Below are positions 1 through 13,083 of a stretch of 64,000 bases of DNA, in pieces. Under the pieces are notes generated by a model, which made no database searches, had not been told where the DNA came from, and saw nothing but the letters and a program-made list of their open reading frames with translations. Origin of the DNA: Desulfosoma sp. Its GTDB lineage: Bacteria > Desulfobacterota > Syntrophobacteria > Syntrophobacterales > DSM-9756. The translations under genes and the position numbers were made by a program. Positions within the stretch are counted from its first letter, which is position 1; each line of letters begins with the position of its first letter. The stretch is taken from positions 157,982-221,981 of the forward strand of contig JBBFKW010000005.1 in NCBI GenBank assembly GCA_037481835.1, written 5' to 3'.

Positions 1-471
1 TTGTTTGTCATGGGCGTGCTTGGGGTTTTTGCTTATGTGCAGGGCAACACCATCTATTCGGCCTACCTTTTCTATCCCTATCTCAAGGGCGCAGGGGAGC
101 TTACCGTCTTCGGCGCGGCGTTCATCGGCGCCGGCTTAGGGTTCCTCTGGTATAACGCCTACCCGGCTCAAATTTTCATGGGCGACACGGGCTCCTTGGC
201 CATTGGAGGGACCGTGGCAGTGGTGTCGGTTCTGCTGAAGCAGGAGTTTCTCTTCCCCATTCTGGGGGGGCTTTTCGTGGCCGAGGCTTTGAGCAGCCAA
301 ATTCAGGACAAAATCGGAGTGCGCTGGCTGGGACGCCGCCTTTTCTACCGCGCGCCCCTGCACCATAACTTGCAGCATCGAGGCATTGCGGAAACCAAGG
401 TGGTCATCCGCCTGTGGATCATCTCCGGCCTCTTGGCCCTCGTCGCCCTGGCCACCCTGAAAATTCGCTAG
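1..471 (+). CDS. mraY: Phospho-N-acetylmuramoyl-pentapeptide transferase, 5'-truncated by the window
   Basis: Motifs FLWYNAYPAQIFMGDTGSLAIGG and APLHH; hydrophobic helices. Confidence 0.93.
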   Translation: MFVMGVLGVFAYVQGNTIYSAYLFYPYLKGAGELTVFGAAFIGAGLGFLWYNAYPAQIFMGDTGSLAIGGTVAVVSVLLKQEFLFPILGGLFVAEALSSQIQDKIGVRWLGRRLFYRAPLHHNLQHRGIAETKVVIRLWIISGLLALVALATLKIR

Positions 472-494
472 CGCCCCTTTTCACCCGCGCGGTT

Positions 495-1814
<1,320 letters not shown>

Positions 1815-1917
1815 TGTCTCTCCAACTCCGGATACAGTAATCTTCTAATGACATGAGCGACGAAGCCTTGTCGGTCGCCACTCTACCACAGCCGCTCGAG
1901 AAGTGAAGAGCCAAGCC

Positions 1918-4509
1918 ATGCGCCGTGTGTCTCTCCGGACGAAAATCTTTGCGGCCCTTGTGGTCGTCAGCGTCGTGACCCTTGCGACCTCCGGCGCTTT
2001 TCTGTTCCGGTACGGCGGCCGCCTGCTTCGGCTCAAGAGCGCGGACGAACTGGCTACAGCGTCGGCGGCCGTCGCCCACTTCGTGGATCATGGCCTGGAA
2101 GATGCCCTGCGGGATGCGGAATCCTGCCTCCTGGCGCTTCTTCCCGGCCTTGACGGCCATGGGACGGGACCCGAGGCAAAGACTGTTGAGGACCCTAATT
2201 TCAAGGCTTCTTTTCAGGAGGCCGGTCGCGCGTTTTTGCAATCCTTTCCCTGGGCGAAGGCCGTGGCCCTGCGGGACAGCCGTGGAGAAATCCTTGTGGC
2301 TTACGGCAAAGAAGACACCCTTTCGCCGACGGTCACGGCCTGCGACGCCATGCCGCTGTCTCCCAGGGGCTGTCTCGTCAAAGGACCCGAGTCTTCCGAC
2401 GGCAAGGCCGCCTTCATGGAAATGGGGCTGAGCCGGCTGGGAAGCGGCCGGGCCCTGCGCTGTTCCGTAACCTTTTCCGTGGATGTCGCCCTCCTGACCG
2501 TGTCGGCTCCCGTGCCCGAAAAATTTTTTAAAGACACCGTTGTGGTTTTGGGAAGGCCGGGGCGAGCCGACGGGGTTCTCCTCAAAGAATCGGATTGGCT
2601 GGATGAGACCCTCGGAGAGGAACTCACCCACCGGCTCGGCCAACGCTTCCTGAGCGGCCGTCAAGACAGTGCGGGCCCATGGAAGCTGCACGGCCGCACG
2701 CTCTTGGTGGCATCCACATCGTTGCCGAAACTGCGCTGGCCTATGGCTTTGGCCTATCCGGCGGAAAAGGCCGGAATGCCCTCATCGGCCTTATTGACCG
2801 CCATGGCCGGCGCTTGGGGCCTCGGCTTGGCCTTTTCCCTTCTGGTGTCCTGGTATGCCGCGGCATCCCTGGTGCGACCGATCCTGCGCCTGCGGGAGGC
2901 CTTTCGCGAATTCAGCCAAGGGCGATGGGACGTTCGGGTTCCGGTCACATCCCGTGACGAAATCGGAGAACTCACCGACGGCTTCAACGAAGGGGTGGCC
3001 TTCCTCAATACCCAGCACAGGAAACTCAAGAGATTTCAGACCCTGGTCCATCACGCCCAAGATGCCGTGCTCCTTTGTTCTCCCAAGGGAACCTTGGTCT
3101 ATGCCAACCGGTCCGCCTATGACTTTTTCGGTTTTGAGGGCCGGGAGGAAACGGTTCTTGCCCGGCTTCACGAGAGAGTGTGCCCGGCGGAGCGGGGGCG
3201 CTTCGAAAAGACCATCTGGCCTCGCATGCTGGAGGGCCCTTGGGAGGGGGAGATCCAGTTCTGTCGCCGAGACGGCCGGACCCGGGTGGGCTGGGTCCGC
3301 ACGGGCGGGGTTCCCGGAGAAGAAGGCGAACCCAACCTCGTCTACGCCATCGTCCGGGATATTTCCGAGAGGAAGGCGGCGGAAAAGGCGGTGCGCGACG
3401 CGGAAGAATACTACCGCACACTGTTTCGAACGAGTCGCGACGCCATCGTGGTGACGGACCCGTCGGATACCATCGTCGACGTGAACGAACCGGGCTTCCC
3501 CAGCATTTTCGGGTATCAGCGCCATGAAGTTCTGGGCCGCTCCGTGACGGAGCTCATGGCGGAGGCCTCTCCCGAAGGCGTTCCCGAAACGGTCCGTTAC
3601 CCCGTCGCTACGGGGCGCGGGACCCTGAAGTGGCGCCGCAAAGACGGCACGGTTTTCGCCGGAGAAACCACTGTGGACGCCCTCAAGGGGGGCAAGGACG
3701 AGGTGCGCGGCACTGTGCGCGTCATCCGCGATGTGAGCGAACGCGAAGCCTTTCTGGAAAAGTTGGAAAAGGCCTACCGGGACCTCAAAAGCCTCGATGA
3801 GCTCAAGGATAAATTCCTAGCGGGCGTGAGCCACGACCTGCGCACGCCGCTCATTCCCGTGAGGGCCTTTTTGGAAAAACTCATCCAAGGCCGATGGGGG
3901 CCTCTGACCCCAAGACAGGAAGAATTCCTTCGATATTGCCTCATCGGGGTCAGCCGGGAAATGATCCTCGTGGAGGAATTGCTGGACTACACGCGGCTGA
4001 AATCGGGAAGTCTTAGCCTTCGCACCGAAAGAGTGGACCTGCAGGACATCATCCGAGCCAGTCTCTTTTTGCTGAAAATTCTCGCCGAGACCAACCGGCT
4101 GACCGTGGCCGTGGACATGCCCGTGGACCCGGTTCCCGTTCTGGGCGATTACAACAAGCTCCTGCGCATTTTTCACAATCTCTTTTCCAATGCCGTCAAA
4201 TACAATAGACCCGGTGGCCATGTGACGGTGCGGGGATCCTGGCAGGGCCCCGAACGGTTTCGGGTGGCTGTGGAAGATTCGGGGATCGGGATCCCGCAGG
4301 AAAGCCTGCGGCGCATCTTCGACGATTTCTTCCGGGTGGAAGGGGCCGGGGTGGAGGCGCGAGGTTCCGGGATCGGCTTGGCCGTGGTTCGGGAATTGGT
4401 GCGGCTGCACGGGGCTGAGCTGGACGTGCAGAGCACCTTGGGGGTGGGCAGTGTCTTCGCCGTGACCTTTCCCGTGATAACGGAAAAAAACGCGGATGAA
4501 GCCGGATGA
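1918..4509 (+). CDS. Membrane sensor histidine kinase (HAMP, two PAS, HisKA, HATPase)
   Basis: Two TM segments, RDEIGEL HAMP, PAS ends (RDISERK), H-box SHDLRTPL, NAVKY, DSGIGI, GSGIGL. Confidence 0.92.
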   Translation: MRRVSLRTKIFAALVVVSVVTLATSGAFLFRYGGRLLRLKSADELATASAAVAHFVDHGLEDALRDAESCLLALLPGLDGHGTGPEAKTVEDPNFKASFQEAGRAFLQSFPWAKAVALRDSRGEILVAYGKEDTLSPTVTACDAMPLSPRGCLVKGPESSDGKAAFMEMGLSRLGSGRALRCSVTFSVDVALLTVSAPVPEKFFKDTVVVLGRPGRADGVLLKESDWLDETLGEELTHRLGQRFLSGRQDSAGPWKLHGRTLLVASTSLPKLRWPMALAYPAEKAGMPSSALLTAMAGAWGLGLAFSLLVSWYAAASLVRPILRLREAFREFSQGRWDVRVPVTSRDEIGELTDGFNEGVAFLNTQHRKLKRFQTLVHHAQDAVLLCSPKGTLVYANRSAYDFFGFEGREETVLARLHERVCPAERGRFEKTIWPRMLEGPWEGEIQFCRRDGRTRVGWVRTGGVPGEEGEPNLVYAIVRDISERKAAEKAVRDAEEYYRTLFRTSRDAIVVTDPSDTIVDVNEPGFPSIFGYQRHEVLGRSVTELMAEASPEGVPETVRYPVATGRGTLKWRRKDGTVFAGETTVDALKGGKDEVRGTVRVIRDVSEREAFLEKLEKAYRDLKSLDELKDKFLAGVSHDLRTPLIPVRAFLEKLIQGRWGPLTPRQEEFLRYCLIGVSREMILVEELLDYTRLKSGSLSLRTERVDLQDIIRASLFLLKILAETNRLTVAVDMPVDPVPVLGDYNKLLRIFHNLFSNAVKYNRPGGHVTVRGSWQGPERFRVAVEDSGIGIPQESLRRIFDDFFRVEGAGVEARGSGIGLAVVRELVRLHGAELDVQSTLGVGSVFAVTFPVITEKNADEAG

Positions 4510-4575
4510 AGCAGGGGTTTCACCAGGCCGGGCGCGGAGGAGTGGCCTGTGGACGGAAAGGAGGGGGAGCGCAAC

Positions 4576-5094
4576 GTGGAGGTGTTCAAGTTCTCCAAAA
4601 AGGGAGATGGGGGAGAGACCAGCCTGCTCACGGGGGAAAGGGTTTCCAAGGGAAGCCTGAGGCCGGAGACTTACGGGACCCTGGATGAGGCCAGTTCCGT
4701 GCTCGGGCTGGCCAAGGCGTTCAGCACCAACGAAAGGCTTCGGGCCATCATGCACACCATCCAGGAAGATCTGCTCGTCCTGGGGGCTCAGCTCGCCGAC
4801 ACCGGAGAAAAGCCAAGCCGCTGGAAAGTGGAAAATCATCATGTGGACCGGCTGGAGGAATGGATCGAAGCCTTGCAGCACGAGGTGCCTCTGCCGCGCC
4901 GTTTTGTCCTGCCTGGGGCCAACCCCGTGAGTGCCGCCTTGGACATGGCGCGAACCGTCGTTCGGCGCGCCGAACGCTGCGCCGTGAGGCTCAAGGAAGA
5001 AGGACACCTGGAAGAGCCCCTGGTCCACGCCTACCTGAACCGCCTGGCGGACCTCCTGTTCACCATGGCCCGATACGCGGAAAAACACCCGTAA
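4576..5094 (+). CDS. ATP:cob(I)alamin adenosyltransferase, PduO type (start could be 4549)
   Basis: KKGDGGETSL, YGTLDEASS, ARTVVRRAER, YLNRLADLLF. Confidence 0.9.
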   Translation: MEVFKFSKKGDGGETSLLTGERVSKGSLRPETYGTLDEASSVLGLAKAFSTNERLRAIMHTIQEDLLVLGAQLADTGEKPSRWKVENHHVDRLEEWIEALQHEVPLPRRFVLPGANPVSAALDMARTVVRRAERCAVRLKEEGHLEEPLVHAYLNRLADLLFTMARYAEKHP

Positions 5095-5136
5095 AACGAC
5101 GCCTTCAAGGCAGCTCCGAGCGCCGGGACGTTTTGC

Positions 5137-5168
5137 ACCCCGAAGCGAAGCCCTTCGGGGTTTTTTTT
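5137..5168 (+). terminator. Intrinsic terminator after the adenosyltransferase gene
   Basis: CCCCGAAG/CTTCGGGG stem followed by T8. Confidence 0.8.
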
Positions 5169-5360
5169 GCGTGGGCAGGGCCGGGCCCGAGGGATCGCCG
5201 CCCGGGATCGGCAATGCTGAAAAAAAAGAAAAAAAAGAAAAACGAAAAAAAACAGAGATTCCGATTTTCGCGCCGCCAGGCCTTGGGGATAATCGGTTTT
5301 CGGAGGCGAACTTGTTTCTTTTTCGGACTTGCCATTTTCGGGGGATGCCTTTATTCACTG

Positions 5361-5387
5361 TTAGCACTCGATGGAGCCGAGTGCTAA
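5361..5387 (+). promoter_or_regulatory. CIRCE element (HrcA operator) upstream of groES
   Basis: Perfect TTAGCACTC-N9-GAGTGCTAA; candidate TTGCCA-17-TATTCA promoter at 5329-5357. Confidence 0.97.
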
Positions 5388-5420
5388 CATCACCGCATGA
5401 ATCGAAAGGAGATGAAGGCC

Positions 5421-5708
5421 ATGAAGTTACGTCCACTGCATGACCGAGTGATCGTCAAACGCCTGGAAGAGGAGGAACGGACCCAGGGCGGCATCATCAT
5501 TCCCGACACGGCCAAGGAAAAGCCCCAGCAGGGCAAGGTCTTGGCCGTGGGCAAAGGCAAGCTCCTTGACAAGGGCGAGGTCGTCCCCTTGATGGTCAAG
5601 GAAGGCGACCGGGTGCTCTTCTCCAAGTATGCCGGCACGGAAGTCAAGGTGGAAGGCGAAGAGCTTCTCATTATGCGTGAAGACGACATCTTGGCCGTTC
5701 TCGACTGA
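5421..5708 (+). CDS. groES: Co-chaperonin GroES
   Basis: [25 protein letters not shown]. Confidence 0.98.
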   Translation: MKLRPLHDRVIVKRLEEEERTQGGIIIPDTAKEKPQQGKVLAVGKGKLLDKGEVVPLMVKEGDRVLFSKYAGTEVKVEGEELLIMREDDILAVLD

Positions 5709-5720
5709 TCGCATGGATGA

Positions 5721-7352
<1,632 letters not shown>

Positions 7353-7380
7353 TCCCGTGGGCTCGGCAGCGGCGCCGTGC

Positions 7381-7412
7381 AAGAACCCGGACTCGGTCCG
7401 GGTTCTTTTTTG
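7381..7412 (+). terminator. Intrinsic terminator after groEL
   Basis: AAGAACCCGGA/TCCGGGTTCTT stem plus T tract. Confidence 0.85.
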
Positions 7413-7486
7413 TTGCGCCCAAGACCGCAAGTTGCTATGCACGGAGCGTTCCAAATCCCGGTTCGGGCACGAAAGGAGAAGCCACT

Positions 7487-7858
7487 ATGGCTCGTGTCAC
7501 TGTGGAAGACTGCCTGAGGCAGGTGGAAAATCGTTTCGCCTTGGTGCATCTTGCGGTCCGTCGCGTGCTCCAGTTGCGAAAAGGGGCGACGCCGCTCATC
7601 GACGCACCCAAGAACAAGGAAGTGGTCATTGCCTTGAGGGAAATTGCGGCGGGAAAGGTCACCCCGCAAAACATCCTGGAGTTGGAGGCCCGGGAAGACC
7701 TCAACGGGGAACTGTTGCGGCGCCGGAGAATCGCCTCCACGACGGAAGAGATCCAGGAAGTGATGGAGGAGTCGGCCCCGAGCGGCTCTTTGGAAGAGTC
7801 CATGGAAGAGGCGGTCGCGGAGGGGCAGACCGAGAAGGATGAAGAGGCCGACGTGTGA
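7487..7858 (+). CDS. rpoZ: RNA polymerase omega subunit with acidic C-terminal extension
   Basis: [24 protein letters not shown]. Confidence 0.93.
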   Translation: MARVTVEDCLRQVENRFALVHLAVRRVLQLRKGATPLIDAPKNKEVVIALREIAAGKVTPQNILELEAREDLNGELLRRRRIASTTEEIQEVMEESAPSGSLEESMEEAVAEGQTEKDEEADV

Positions 7859-7890
7859 GCCGTCTGTTCGGATGGCGGAGTGAGGCGGCG

Positions 7891-8226
7891 ATGGGAAACG
7901 ACGGTTTCTTGTCGTGTCTGGAAAAGAGGGAGCTGCTCAACCGCACGGCGGTGTCCGTCGATGAACTGCGTGCTCGGGCGAAGGCCTTGGAAGAGGCGGG
8001 CCTGATCCACGACGCCGTGGACTTTTATGAAAAGGCCCAGGCATGGAGCGAGATCGAGCGGCTGATCCCGTTGGCCGTGGAAGAAGGGGACGCTTTTCTC
8101 TTCGCCCGGCTTTTCCGTGTGCTCAAGAAGGACCCTTCCCCGGAGCAGTGGCGGGCTTTGGCGGCTCGGGCCGAAGCCTTGGGAAAGAGGCTTTATGCCC
8201 AGCGCGCCCTGCAGCAGGTTTCTTGA
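7891..8226 (+). CDS. Hypothetical helical-repeat protein
   Basis: ORF between rpoZ and dnaJ with normal protein composition. Confidence 0.65.
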   Translation: MGNDGFLSCLEKRELLNRTAVSVDELRARAKALEEAGLIHDAVDFYEKAQAWSEIERLIPLAVEEGDAFLFARLFRVLKKDPSPEQWRALAARAEALGKRLYAQRALQQVS

Positions 8227-8309
8227 CAAGTCCCTGCGGCATGCTTAAGAGACCTTCGGCCATCGGCCCAATCCCGTCGAAGCGTTCTCCGGTATAGGTG
8301 AAAGAAATT

Positions 8310-9455
8310 ATGGCAGCAACCCGGGACTATTACGAAATCCTCGGTGTTTCACGCAACGCCACCGAAGAAGAGATCAAGAAGGCCTACCGCAAGCTCGCCC
8401 TCCAGTACCATCCCGACCGCAATCCGGGGGATAAGGAGGCTGAGGAGCGCTTCAAGGAAGCGGCCGAGGCCTATGAAGTGTTGCGGGATCCCGAAAAGCG
8501 CCGGCTCTACGACCAGTTCGGCCATGAAGGCCTTCGGGGCGCCGGTTTCCAAGGGTTCCAGGGCTTCGACGATATTTTCAGTTCCTTCGGAGACATCTTT
8601 CAAGAGTTTTTCTCTTTTAACTTCGGCACCTCCCAGAGGCCGCGCACCAGCGCCCGCCCGGGAAACGATCTCCTCTACGAGTTGGAAATCACCTTTGAAG
8701 AGGCCATCTTCGGCACCGAAAAAGATTTGGACATCGACACCTATCGGCAGTGCGAGCGCTGCGGCGGCAGCGGGTCCGAGCCGGGATCGTCGGAAAGCAC
8801 CTGCCCTCTGTGTCGGGGGCGGGGCCAGGTGGTGCAAAGCCAAGGGTTTTTCCGCATCGCCACCACCTGCTCGCGGTGCCACGGATCGGGGCGGGTGATC
8901 ACGACCCCGTGCCGGGACTGCGGCGGGCAGGGCCGGGTGAGGCGTGTCAAGAAGGTTCACGTGAAGGTCCCGCCTGGAGTGGATTCCGGGACGCGGCTGC
9001 GCTTGCGCGGTGAAGGAGAAAGCGGTTATCGCGGGGGCATGGCGGGGGATCTCTATGTGCGGCTCAAGGTGCAGCCGCACGAAATCTTTGAAAGGGACGG
9101 CAACGACCTCTACGCCAAGATTTCCGTGTCCTTCGCCCAAGCCATCCTGGGCGACGAAGTCACTCTCAAAACTTTGGACGGTGAAAAGACCATCACCATT
9201 GAACCGGGCACGCAACCCGGAACGGTTTTGAAATTCCGCGGCGAAGGGGTTCCGTCTCTCAGGGGCTTCGGCCGAGGCGACCTCTTCGTGCAAATCGATG
9301 TGACCATCCCCTCCAAGATCACCCCCCGCCAAAGAGAGCTCCTCCAGGAATTTATGGCCATAGAAGAGGAAAAGGCCGACAAGAAGATGCGCAAATGGCC
9401 CTGGAGCAAACGCCGTCAGGACAAAGACCGGGTTGTGGGCGAAGCCGCCCGCTAG
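8310..9455 (+). CDS. dnaJ: Chaperone DnaJ
   Basis: J domain HPD, G/F-rich region, four CxxCxGxG repeats. Confidence 0.97.
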   Translation: MAATRDYYEILGVSRNATEEEIKKAYRKLALQYHPDRNPGDKEAEERFKEAAEAYEVLRDPEKRRLYDQFGHEGLRGAGFQGFQGFDDIFSSFGDIFQEFFSFNFGTSQRPRTSARPGNDLLYELEITFEEAIFGTEKDLDIDTYRQCERCGGSGSEPGSSESTCPLCRGRGQVVQSQGFFRIATTCSRCHGSGRVITTPCRDCGGQGRVRRVKKVHVKVPPGVDSGTRLRLRGEGESGYRGGMAGDLYVRLKVQPHEIFERDGNDLYAKISVSFAQAILGDEVTLKTLDGEKTITIEPGTQPGTVLKFRGEGVPSLRGFGRGDLFVQIDVTIPSKITPRQRELLQEFMAIEEEKADKKMRKWPWSKRRQDKDRVVGEAAR

Positions 9456-9536
9456 GGCCCGGGTATTGGTTTTCCACGCCGAGTTTGTGAAGGGTGCGGC
9501 CCCCGGGACGCGACGGGTGGTAAAGGAGGGTCGATC

Positions 9537-9749
9537 GTGTGGGTTGACCATCATCCCGGCCAATACCAGGATTTTCACGCCACGGCGCTCTATTGCCCGC
9601 GGTGTCGGCAGGCCATGCCGGTCCGCAGCCGGCTCTTGCTGATCCTGCCCGACGGGGAACTCCACGAGTATCTATGCGGCGTGTGTGCCACATCGGTGGG
9701 GACCAAAACCGTCAGACAGGAGCGCGAAGCGCGCCTCTTTATGCCGTAG
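9537..9749 (+). CDS. Small zinc-ribbon hypothetical protein
   Basis: AAGGAGG RBS; CPRC...CGVC. Confidence 0.7.
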   Translation: MWVDHHPGQYQDFHATALYCPRCRQAMPVRSRLLLILPDGELHEYLCGVCATSVGTKTVRQEREARLFMP

Positions 9750-9821
9750 CGGGCAAGGAAGCGCGTTGGGAAAAATTTGTCAAAGACGCAGTGCCGTAGG
9801 TTCGCGCAGAGGTGGACAGCG

Positions 9822-10817
9822 ATGATCGAAGCGCATGGTTTGACCAAGTGGTACGGCCCCGTGCCGGCCATCCAGGATGTGAGTTTTGAGATCGCCAAGG
9901 GGGAAGTGGTGGGTTTTCTCGGCCCCAACGGCGCGGGCAAGTCCACCACCATCCGCATCCTCACGTGTTTCATGCCGCCCACGGCGGGTTCGGCCACGGT
10001 GGACGGCCTGGACTGCCTGGAAGACTCCCTGGAAGTGCGGCGACGGATCGGGTATCTCCCCGAAAATGTTCCCTTATACAACGAGATGACCGTGCGGCGG
10101 TTCCTCTCTTTTATCGCCCAGGTCAAGGGCGTGCCTTGGAAAGACATCCGAAAGGAAGTGGATCGCGTGACGGAGGTCTGCGGGTTGCACTCTGTCCGAA
10201 ACCGCATCATCGGCAACCTTTCCAAGGGATTCCGGCAGAGGGTGGGGCTGGCCCAAGCCCTTGTGAGCAACCCGCCGGTGCTCATTCTGGATGAGCCCAC
10301 CATCGGGTTGGACCCGACACAGATTGTGGAAATTCGAAAACTCATCCAGGATTTGCGGGAAGACCACACGGTGCTCCTGAGCAGTCACATCCTGCCCGAA
10401 GTGGCCCAGATCTGCCAGCGTGTGCTCATCATCAACAAGGGCCGCATCGTGGCCACCGACACCCCGGGAGCCCTCACGGCCCAGGTGCAAAAGTCGGCCA
10501 AAATCCGCCTCACCGTCTCGGGGGACGGCACCGGGCTGGCCGAATCCTTGAGACGCCTCGACGGGGTTTTGCAGGTCCACACCGAGCCCGGGGATCCCTT
10601 CCAGTTGGTGGTGGAAACCGATCGCAGCCGCGATCTCCGGCCCACTTTGGCCCGCACGGCGGTGCACTCCGGGGTGGATCTCTTGGAACTCAAAACCGTG
10701 GACCTGAGTTTGGAAGACATCTTTATGCATTTGGTGACGGAAGAGCCTGTGGGTCAGGATGGGGCCATCGCCGAAAGTGTAGGGGATCCGATGCACAAGG
10801 AGGGAGCGAGGTCATGA
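9822..10817 (+). CDS. ABC transporter ATP-binding protein (GldA-like)
   Basis: GPNGAGKST, LSKGFRQR, ILDEPT, SSH. Confidence 0.93.
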   Translation: MIEAHGLTKWYGPVPAIQDVSFEIAKGEVVGFLGPNGAGKSTTIRILTCFMPPTAGSATVDGLDCLEDSLEVRRRIGYLPENVPLYNEMTVRRFLSFIAQVKGVPWKDIRKEVDRVTEVCGLHSVRNRIIGNLSKGFRQRVGLAQALVSNPPVLILDEPTIGLDPTQIVEIRKLIQDLREDHTVLLSSHILPEVAQICQRVLIINKGRIVATDTPGALTAQVQKSAKIRLTVSGDGTGLAESLRRLDGVLQVHTEPGDPFQLVVETDRSRDLRPTLARTAVHSGVDLLELKTVDLSLEDIFMHLVTEEPVGQDGAIAESVGDPMHKEGARS

Positions 10818-11584
10818 GGGGCTTTTGGGCTGTTTACCGCAAAGAACTCTACGCGCTTTTCGCCTCCCCCATTTTTTACGTGGTGGCGTTTATCTTTCTC
10901 GTCCTCAACGGCTACTTTTTCTACACGGCCTTGGCCTACTACAACATGGTGAGCTTCCAGGCGGCCCAGAATCCGTTCATGGCCCACCAGCTGAACCTCA
11001 TGGACATGGTCGTCCGTCCCGTTTTCATGGATTTGAGCGTCGTCTTGCTGCTCACGGCGCCCCTTTTGACCATGAGGACTTATGCCGATGAAAGACGCTC
11101 CGGGACCATGGAGCTGCTTTTCACGCTGCCCGTCACGGACAAGGGGGTTCTGGCGGCCAAATTCGCCGGGGTGCTCACCACCTTGGCCCTGCTTCTCGTG
11201 GGGACGGTGCCGTGCATGGCGGTTTTAGGGGCGGTGGCCGACCCCAACTGGAAAGCCATCCTATGCGCCTATCTCGGGCTGTTCCTCCTGGGCGCCGCCT
11301 TCCTATCCCTGGGCATGTTTTCCTCGGCTTTCACGAAGAACCAAATCGTGGCGGCGGTCCTCTCCTTCGGCGCCCTGCTCCTTTTTTGGGTCATCGGATG
11401 GCTCAGTTCCATCATGGGGCCCACGTCCATGCGTCTGGTGGAGTACCTTTCCATTATCCGCCATTTCGACACCTTCTCCAAAGGGGTGCTCGATTCCCGG
11501 GACGTGATCTACTACCTCCTTTTCATTAGCCTTTTCCTCTTTGTGACCGTGCGCCAGATCGAATCCTACCGGTGGCGCGGTTAG
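10814..11584 (+). CDS. ABC-2 type permease (GldF-like)
   Basis: TMRTYADERRSGTMELL; about six TM segments. Confidence 0.9.
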   Translation: MRGFWAVYRKELYALFASPIFYVVAFIFLVLNGYFFYTALAYYNMVSFQAAQNPFMAHQLNLMDMVVRPVFMDLSVVLLLTAPLLTMRTYADERRSGTMELLFTLPVTDKGVLAAKFAGVLTTLALLLVGTVPCMAVLGAVADPNWKAILCAYLGLFLLGAAFLSLGMFSSAFTKNQIVAAVLSFGALLLFWVIGWLSSIMGPTSMRLVEYLSIIRHFDTFSKGVLDSRDVIYYLLFISLFLFVTVRQIESYRWRG

Positions 11585-11625
11585 GGTTGAAAAGATCGGA
11601 CCGAAGACGACGGAGGCGTCCCATC

Positions 11626-13083
11626 ATGCCGAAGACTTTACGATCTCGAAGGCTCCACTACGGATCCAGTGCCATATTTTCCACCGTGGTGTTTCTGGCC
11701 ATCCTGGTCGTGGTGGCCCTCATTGCGGAAAGACACCCGCTGAGAGCGGATCTCACCGAAACCGGGCAATTCAGCCTTTCCGAACAGAGCCGAAAGATTG
11801 TCGCCTCGCTCCAGGAGCCCGTGACTGTCAAGGCCTTTTTTGCGGGCGGTGCGCCTGAGGCTTCCCGGGCCAAGGACCTCCTGGAAACGTACCGCTATTA
11901 CAATAAGAACATCCGGTACGAATTCATCGACCCGGACAGGGAACCGCAATTGGCCCGGCAGTACGAAATCCGGGATTACGGGGTCCTGGTGGTGGAGGGG
12001 CTGGGGCGCAAGGAAACCGCGCCCCGGGCCGACGAAGAGGCCCTGACCAACGCTTTGTTCAAGCTCAGCCAAAAGGAGGACAAGACCGTCTATTTCCTCA
12101 CAGGGCACGGGGAGCGCTCCCCGGAGGAGATGAACAAAAGCGGGTACTCGTCGGCCAAGTCGGCCCTGGTCAAAGAAAACTACCAGGTCAAGCCGCTCAA
12201 CTTGATGCAGCAGCCCCAAGTGCCTCAGGATGCGGCGGTGGTCATTGTGGCCGGGCCCCAAAAGCCCCTGTTTCCTGAAGAAGCGGCGTCCTTGGAGGCG
12301 TATCTGCTTCGCGGCGGAAAGATCGTGTTTTTCTTGGACCCGCAAAAGGACGGCGGGACACGGTCCCTCGTGGAAAAATACGGGATCGTCCTCGGCGATG
12401 ACATGATCATCGACAAGCTGAGCCGCGTCTTTGGCGGCAGCTACCTCATGCCTGTGGTCACCCAGTACGGCTCGCACAAGATCACCCAGAGATTCAACGT
12501 GGCGACCTTTTATTCGGAAGCCCGCTCCGTGGGCGCGTCCCAAAACCCTCCCGAAGGCGTCACCCTGGTGACCCTGGCCTCCACGTCCGAAAACGCGTGG
12601 GCCGAAACGGACTTGGAACGGCTCTTTCGCGGCGAGGCGAGCTTCGAGGAAGGCAAAGACAAGCCCGGCCCCGTGTCCCTCGGGGTGCTGGCGGCCGTGG
12701 ACACGAAAAAATTTCACGAAGCCCGCTCCGACGGCACCCAGGCCCCCAAGGAGCCCCAGGAATCTCAAAAGCCTGCAGAAGAAAGGGGCGCCGCGGAGGC
12801 CAAGCCGACACTGGGGTACCTCGTGGTCTTCGGGGATTCGGATTTTGTGGACAACACCCACTTCGGCGTTTCGGGAAACGGGGACCTTTTCCTCAACATG
12901 GTTCATTTCCTCGCGGAAGAAGAAACCCTCATCACCATCGAACCGCGAAAACAAAAAGCCCAGACCTTGATGCTCACGGAAAACCAAGCTCGAATGGTCT
13001 TCTGGACGTCCATGGTGGGCGTTCCCATGGTCGTCGTCCTCATGGGATTCGGGGTGTACCGTGTTCGGAGGTCGCAGCGATGA
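11626..13083 (+). CDS. GldG-like ABC auxiliary component
   Basis: DLTETGQFSLS, VYFLTGHGE, GDSDF, N- and C-terminal TM. Confidence 0.88.
   Translation: MPKTLRSRRLHYGSSAIFSTVVFLAILVVVALIAERHPLRADLTETGQFSLSEQSRKIVASLQEPVTVKAFFAGGAPEASRAKDLLETYRYYNKNIRYEFIDPDREPQLARQYEIRDYGVLVVEGLGRKETAPRADEEALTNALFKLSQKEDKTVYFLTGHGERSPEEMNKSGYSSAKSALVKENYQVKPLNLMQQPQVPQDAAVVIVAGPQKPLFPEEAASLEAYLLRGGKIVFFLDPQKDGGTRSLVEKYGIVLGDDMIIDKLSRVFGGSYLMPVVTQYGSHKITQRFNVATFYSEARSVGASQNPPEGVTLVTLASTSENAWAETDLERLFRGEASFEEGKDKPGPVSLGVLAAVDTKKFHEARSDGTQAPKEPQESQKPAEERGAAEAKPTLGYLVVFGDSDFVDNTHFGVSGNGDLFLNMVHFLAEEETLITIEPRKQKAQTLMLTENQARMVFWTSMVGVPMVVVLMGFGVYRVRRSQR

Noticed and set aside
5219..5253. A-rich run and Lys/Phe-rich ORFs across it
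   Set aside because: Low-complexity intergenic tract upstream of the groES promoter; ORFs are compositional artefacts
8287..8300. CTCCGGTATAGG upstream of dnaJ resembling the phage motif
   Set aside because: Diverges after GGTA and lacks CGAC at the 14-nt spacing
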